Shown here one piece after another: positions 62,619 through 64,000 of a stretch of 64,000 nt of DNA. Both the position numbers and the translations under genes were made by a program. The notes below the pieces were generated by a model. It saw only the letters and a program-made list of their open reading frames with translations, was not told the DNA's origin and did not search any database. Every line of letters starts with the position of its first letter. Positions within the stretch are counted from its first letter, which is position 1. This stretch comes from Desulfotomaculaceae bacterium. GTDB taxonomy: Bacteria > Bacillota > Desulfotomaculia > Desulfotomaculales > Pelotomaculaceae. The DNA is taken from the NCBI GenBank assembly GCA_041645005.1, contig JBAZQW010000001.1:26728-90727 (forward strand). The letters run 5' to 3'.

Positions 62619-63497
62619 TTATGCGCCAACTTTCTTCCCGGCCCAATTAAACGGCAAAAGAATCTCTTCATTTTGTTCTTTTAACTGGTCTAATTCTGGT
62701 AACAGGCCGGCCACTTCCGAGGAGCGACCGGCCGCGAGGATCAGTTCTTTCAAGTTTTCCGGACTATCCACCCCAACAATCACCTGGTCCACCTGATCAT
62801 TTAAAACAGCATAATTTAAACAGATCGCCTGGATCGATATGTTATTCAGGGAAGCAAGGGAGCGCAGACTGGTTATTTTATCCTTGATAGCATTAAATGA
62901 CGGGTCAAGCTCTGCCGGATTTTTGAATGCCAATCCCTGTAAAAACACCGACCGGACATGGACCTCGATTCCTTTCCGCTTAAGGGTCGGTAAATAATCT
63001 TCGAAACGGCGGTCAAAAATACTATACGGAAACTGAACAAGATCAAAAGGGACTTCATTGGTCAGCAGCTCATCAAGCTCTTTTGGATAATAAAGAGAAA
63101 ATCCGATCTTGGCGATTTTACCAGAGCGCTTTTGTTCCACAAGCCAATCATAGATAACTGGTTGAAAACGGTAAGTCTCAAAATCATGGAAAATATATCC
63201 GTATAAAGAAGTCCGCCCCAACCTCTGAAGTGTTTCCGCCAGATAATTTGGCGCTTCCGCAACCTGGCATTTTGGCAACTTTGAAACCAGTTGAAAATAA
63301 TTCTTTTTGAAACGTAAATATTCACCAATAACTGTTTCGCTTTCGCCGTAACCATAGGCCGTATCCAAAAGATCAACTCCGGCCGCCGCTGCTTCGTCCA
63401 GGATCGCAAATACCTCTTCTCGCGGAACTTTACCCCGTTGGTTGTTGACGCCGTAATCCAATCCGAATTGAACCGTCCCCAAAGTAAGCTTGTTCAT
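62619..63497 (-). CDS. Aldo/keto reductase
   Basis: Motif LGTVQFGLDYGVNNQRGKVPREEVFAILDEAAAAGVDLLDTAYGYGESE. Confidence 0.8.
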   Translation of the reverse strand: MNKLTLGTVQFGLDYGVNNQRGKVPREEVFAILDEAAAAGVDLLDTAYGYGESETVIGEYLRFKKNYFQLVSKLPKCQVAEAPNYLAETLQRLGRTSLYGYIFHDFETYRFQPVIYDWLVEQKRSGKIAKIGFSLYYPKELDELLTNEVPFDLVQFPYSIFDRRFEDYLPTLKRKGIEVHVRSVFLQGLAFKNPAELDPSFNAIKDKITSLRSLASLNNISIQAICLNYAVLNDQVDQVIVGVDSPENLKELILAAGRSSEVAGLLPELDQLKEQNEEILLPFNWAGKKVGA

Positions 63498-64000
63498 GGC
63501 AAACCTGCTTCCGAAATAACTTGTTTAAATGTGTCGATCACATAAGTGACATCTTCATCGTTCATTTTAGGGAATAGCGGCAAAGTGATGGCTCCGTGAT
63601 AATAAGCTTCCGCGTTGGGGCATAAGCCGGGCTGATAGCCCAGCTGGCGATAATAAGGCTGAAGATAGACCGGAAAATAATGAACATTAACTCCAATTCC
63701 TTTACTCCTAAGTTGTTCGAATATCTCTTTCCTCTTGTCCGAAACAACGACCGGATAGATATGCCAGGCAGAAGCTCGCCCTGGTTTAACTTTAATGGTC
63801 TTGACACCAGCCAAGCCGGCCAAGGCCCGCTCGTATTGAATAACGATCTCTTGCCGTCGTTTGATAAACTTATCCAGTTTTTCCAGCTGTTTTATCCCCA
63901 AAGCTGCCTGGAAGTCGGTCAGGCGGTAATTGAAGCCGAGGTGATGCAGCTCGTAATACCAAGCTCCTTCGTCCGGCCTGGTCAAGACACTCTGTTCGCG
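63494..64000 (-). CDS. DegT/PseC-type aminotransferase, C-terminal part only; the 5' end runs off the right edge
   Basis: The frame stays open from 63985 to the window edge. YELHHLGFNYRLTDFQAALGIKQLEKLDKFIKRRQEI is a typical DegT C-domain. Confidence 0.8.
   Translation of the reverse strand, partial: REQSVLTRPDEGAWYYELHHLGFNYRLTDFQAALGIKQLEKLDKFIKRRQEIVIQYERALAGLAGVKTIKVKPGRASAWHIYPVVVSDKRKEIFEQLRSKGIGVNVHYFPVYLQPYYRQLGYQPGLCPNAEAYYHGAITLPLFPKMNDEDVTYVIDTFKQVISEAGLP

Noticed and set aside
1-64000. Search for tRNA, rRNA, CRISPR arrays, IS elements or long DNA repeats
   Set aside because: Minus-strand ORFs with recognisable protein motifs cover nearly every base. No repeat-spacer periodicity, cloverleaf-like segments or transposase-like translations were seen. 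Paralogues (U4/U5, the GT2 domains, the PIG-L/Fmt pairs) are similar only at the protein level as far as I can judge by eye.

Overview
The whole 64-kb window is one densely packed surface-glycan biosynthesis locus with every credible gene on the minus strand. I count about 57 intact CDS plus one frameshifted gene. I saw no tRNA, rRNA, CRISPR, transposase or integrase. Two real genes run off the window edges and are missing or truncated in the ORF track: 1..1309 and 63494..64000. Genes are tightly coupled. By my reading about 20 junctions are 4-nt ATGA/GTGA stop/start overlaps, and only five gaps exceed 30 nt: 3084..3130, 23714..23744, 37794..37840, 38075..38123 and 41536..41762. The content is dominated by nonulosonic/ulosonic-acid chemistry. 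There are two NeuB-family synthases and a NeuC-type hydrolysing 2-epimerase. There is a PseB/LgaA-type 4,6-dehydratase and three clear DegT-type aminotransferases, one of them partial at the right edge, plus two divergent DegT-like proteins. Six CMP-sugar-synthetase-family domains are present: two KdsB-like, three NeuA-like and one SpsF/PseF-like. Tailoring genes are unusually numerous. They include two PIG-L deacetylase + formyltransferase-like pairs, a NodU/CmcH carbamoyltransferase and an SGNH hydrolase-like protein. There are six intact methyltransferase domains plus one frameshifted methyltransferase gene, and a B12-binding radical SAM enzyme. There are also an ATP-grasp ligase, three FemAB/CelD-like acyl/aminoacyl-transferase domains and many oxidoreductases. 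Assembly and export genes are GT2/GT4 glycosyltransferases, a Wzy-like polymerase, a YfhO-like polytopic membrane protein and an MsbA/PglK-like ABC exporter. Five large ORFs (about 560-660 aa) have no recognisable function beyond a GT-B-like C-terminal half. Two of them are clear paralogues. These five proteins, the unusual domain fusions and the duplicated deacetylase/formyltransferase-like module are the best candidates for undescribed biology. The only convincing promoter-like element sits in front of a 77-aa HTH gene in mid-locus. All functional calls rest on motifs I recognise in the translations. No database search was possible.
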